Assembly: GCA_905178155.1 (NCBI GenBank)
Contig: CAJINV010000016.1
Span: 1,811,102 to 1,875,101, forward strand
Length of the DNA stretch: 64,000 nucleotides
DNA from: Amoebophrya sp. A120
Lineage: Eukaryota > Protista > Dinoflagellata
Direction of reading: 5' to 3'
Positions 61,701 through 64,000 of this stretch are shown here, piece by piece. A program made the translations under genes and the position numbers. Within the stretch, counting starts at the first letter, position 1. The number at the start of each line of letters is the position of its first letter. Under the pieces are notes generated by a model. It saw only the letters and a list, made by a program, of their open reading frames with translations, had not been told where the DNA came from and did not search any database.

Positions 61701-64000
61701 TTCTTTGCTGGTGCAACCACAGCGGGCTCCTGCTGTTCAACGTGTATTTCGTCTTGTTCAATTTCCTCCGCAGTTACAACGAAGTTCTTTTTCCCCCCTC
61801 CACCGGCTCTCTCCTGTGTTCTGTCCCTGTTTTTTCTCTTCCGCGTTTTCGCTCCCTTTCGCGCGAGGTAATCCTCGTTGTAGGCATTTTTGCCTGCAGT
61901 TGTACTAGTTTCCTGATCGGTAGAAGTCGTGCCGGCGCCTTTTCCTTTTCCTGCAACTACTGAAGAAACAGCAACAGACACTGAATCGGTGTAGTTGTAA
62001 TCGTCGTCAATCACAACATGTTTGTTGTTGTTCTCCCCGAGCTCCCCCTCCGCCTCCGCACGACCAGCAACATCCGTTACAGCTGCACATTCCTTTTCCA
62101 ACTGGATCAGATTTCCGTCGCTGTTGCTGACGTAGACAAAGTTCAGATCGTACACATCGTTCGCGTATCAAGTGCAAAAGTGTCTGGGTCTGGAAGATTG
62201 CCAGGTTTGTCATGCATATTTTGCATGCCCCATGATGCCTGTAATGCATGACCTAGCATCACAGATCTTTAAAGGGCCTTCTGATGCGTATTCCGCATGA
62301 GAAACGCCCACTCCGCGTAGCACAAACTGCGCTCCTATTGCTGGTCATGCAATACAGATTTTTTTACCTTCCAAAGACAGCATTACAAGTTGCAACCTTC
62401 CAGACCCAGACATTTTTTGCATTTGATATCGCGGAATTCCGGCACCGGGTGCAGGTTAAAGCATCTGATATCATATGTAAAAATGTCTGGGTCTGGTGGA
62501 AGAATGCGCGATTTGTCATGCAGCTTTTCCATGACCCATGAGGTCTGGAATGCAGGACCTAGCATGACAGATTCTCTGCGATCTCTCTCATGCCTATCCT
62601 GCATGAGAAACTCCCTCGCGACTTGGTCAAAACTGGACGACTTTTGGTAATCATGCAACACAGATTTTTGCATGCTTCAGATGTAGCATGACCAGTTGCA
62701 TTCTTCCAGACCCAGACATTTTTACATTTGATATCTGAGGGTTGATGCACAAACCTCATCGAGAAGAACTCGGAGAACGTCCGGCGCAGGTCAAGGTAAA
62801 TCAAGTCCACCGGGAAGTCAACCATAGCCGGGTCGTGGTAGGCCGTGCCGTGGTTCATGGCAAAGGTGAGGAAGCGGTATTTGTTTTTTGTTTTTTTGGA
62901 CAAAGATGTTGGACGAGATACTTCCACGAATGGCACCACGTCCGCGTCAGTTTTGGCGTAAAAGTCTTCCTCGCTGTCGAACTGTTTACTCGTCTCAATA
63001 GCTGCTTTGTAATTTTCCGCAAGGATGGCAGTGTACGGGCAGGGGAACATCAAGGGGTCGTTATCTGGATCGACGTCGTCGTGTGCGGAATCAACAAGGG
63101 CCGCACTCCTCGCAGCTCCATCGCCACTTGATGTTCCGGTCGTAGCCGTCGCGATTTCAATCTCTCTCCCGTCGAAAGTTGTGAAAGCAACGCTCGGAAC
63201 AGAAGTACTACCGCGTAGTTCTTCGATAAAAGCCCCCCACCTATCATCCAGTCTATCCGGTCTGCCATTATCAAATGCAAAAATGTCTGGGTCTGGAAGG
63301 ATCCGAACTTGTGATGCGCATTTTCGAACACAGAAAAATCTCTCATGCATAGGGAGCAAAAGCTGCCCAATTCTGTCACCAAAATGGGGGATTTCTCATG
63401 CGGGTTCGGCATTGCGGAAGCTTCTCGAAACCTGTGATGCTGGAGCTTCCATGCCAGACCTTCTGTGTCATGCAAAAACAGCATGAATCTTCCATACCCA
63501 GACATTTTACAGTTGATAGCCATGCGATGAATGCAACTCCTCCACAGGCTCGTGAAAGCGCTGCAGCAGGGCAAAAACCGGCCAGTGAGACGCGAGCACG
63601 TCATAGGCTGCGTAGAAGGGGGATTGGTAGGTCAGTACGAGCCTTTCGGCTAGGTCAACAAAAGTCAGCCGGAGCTCGTGGAGGCTGGGAAATTTGCTTA
63701 ATGTTGTTGCTGTTGTGTCGAGACCTCTTCGTGAAACCGGGAAAGCATCCAATTCAAACTCCGGATCCTGCAATCGCACGAGCCTCTCGCCCAAAGCCAG
63801 AACTGATTGCATCGGCGACTGGTTGTTTGGGCTTCCTTCTATTTCTCCGGATGGACCAAAATCTACGCTACTTCCCCCGAGCTCGTACTCAAGACGAGGC
63901 GGCTCGTGAACTTCCGTGCCTCCGGTTGTAGTACCGGTCAACACCGCATCTTCGCCCACAACAGCACTCGGGTCCCACGCTAGCCCCGCAAACGCCGCGG
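58764..64000 (-). CDS. Tubulin-tyrosine-ligase (TTL/ATP-grasp) family protein with an inserted apple/PAN-like module (5' end off the window)
   Basis: FYPPCFFLP, YIWKP..GGQGIEL, VVQLYISNPVL, KTDIRI, MHVTH, ADMIVDSNGRAWVMEVH; six introners and one GT-AG intron (59988-60151). Confidence 0.8.
60315..60573. mobile_element. Introner family A (second internal type)
   Basis: TIRs, TSD acgcc/gcgcc. Confidence 0.9.
60633..60942. mobile_element. Introner family D
   Basis: Similar to 9446-9751; TSD agcac/agcac. Confidence 0.93.
61171..61435. mobile_element. Introner family A
   Basis: TIRs, TSD gtcgt/gtcgt. Confidence 0.92.
62166..62428. mobile_element. Introner family A
   Basis: TIRs, TSD tcgcg/tcgcg. 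Confidence 0.93.
62469..62733. mobile_element. Introner family A
   Basis: TIRs, TSD tctga/tctga. Confidence 0.93.
63269..63518. mobile_element. Introner family A
   Basis: TIRs, TSD gccat/gccat. Confidence 0.92.

Noticed and set aside
1-63518. Recurrent peptides KMSGSGR, FQTQTFLHLI, CKNVWVWK and LPDPDIF as a protein repeat family
   Set aside because: They are six-frame translations of the family-A TIR.

Overview
Eukaryotic (alveolate) genomic DNA. The architecture closely matches what is described for the parasitic syndinian dinoflagellate Amoebophrya; the taxon is an inference. About 18 protein genes lie on the minus strand: an F-box protein, two tandem clusters of Cys-rich putatively secreted proteins, DCAF13/SOF1, NAA20, a large fucosyltransferase-like protein, a PAN/apple membrane protein, Rab5, an EF-hand-like protein, a kinase with RING-like fingers, and a TTL-family ligase. 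The coding sequences are interrupted by about 39 MITE-like introner elements of 150-310 bp from at least 8 TIR families. All follow one rule: termini TAT...ATA, a 5-bp target-site duplication (TSD) of arbitrary sequence, and restoration of the reading frame when the element plus one TSD copy is removed. Almost none can be written as GT-AG introns, they occur in both orientations, and they share an internal TGT(C/G)ATGC motif. Two introners carry nested 1.6-2 kb GC-rich insertions. One lectin-like gene is split by a captured START-domain gene fragment lying between 43-bp direct repeats. I saw no transposase, rRNA, tRNA or CRISPR array. Gene models were assembled by eye, so exact splice points need cDNA.
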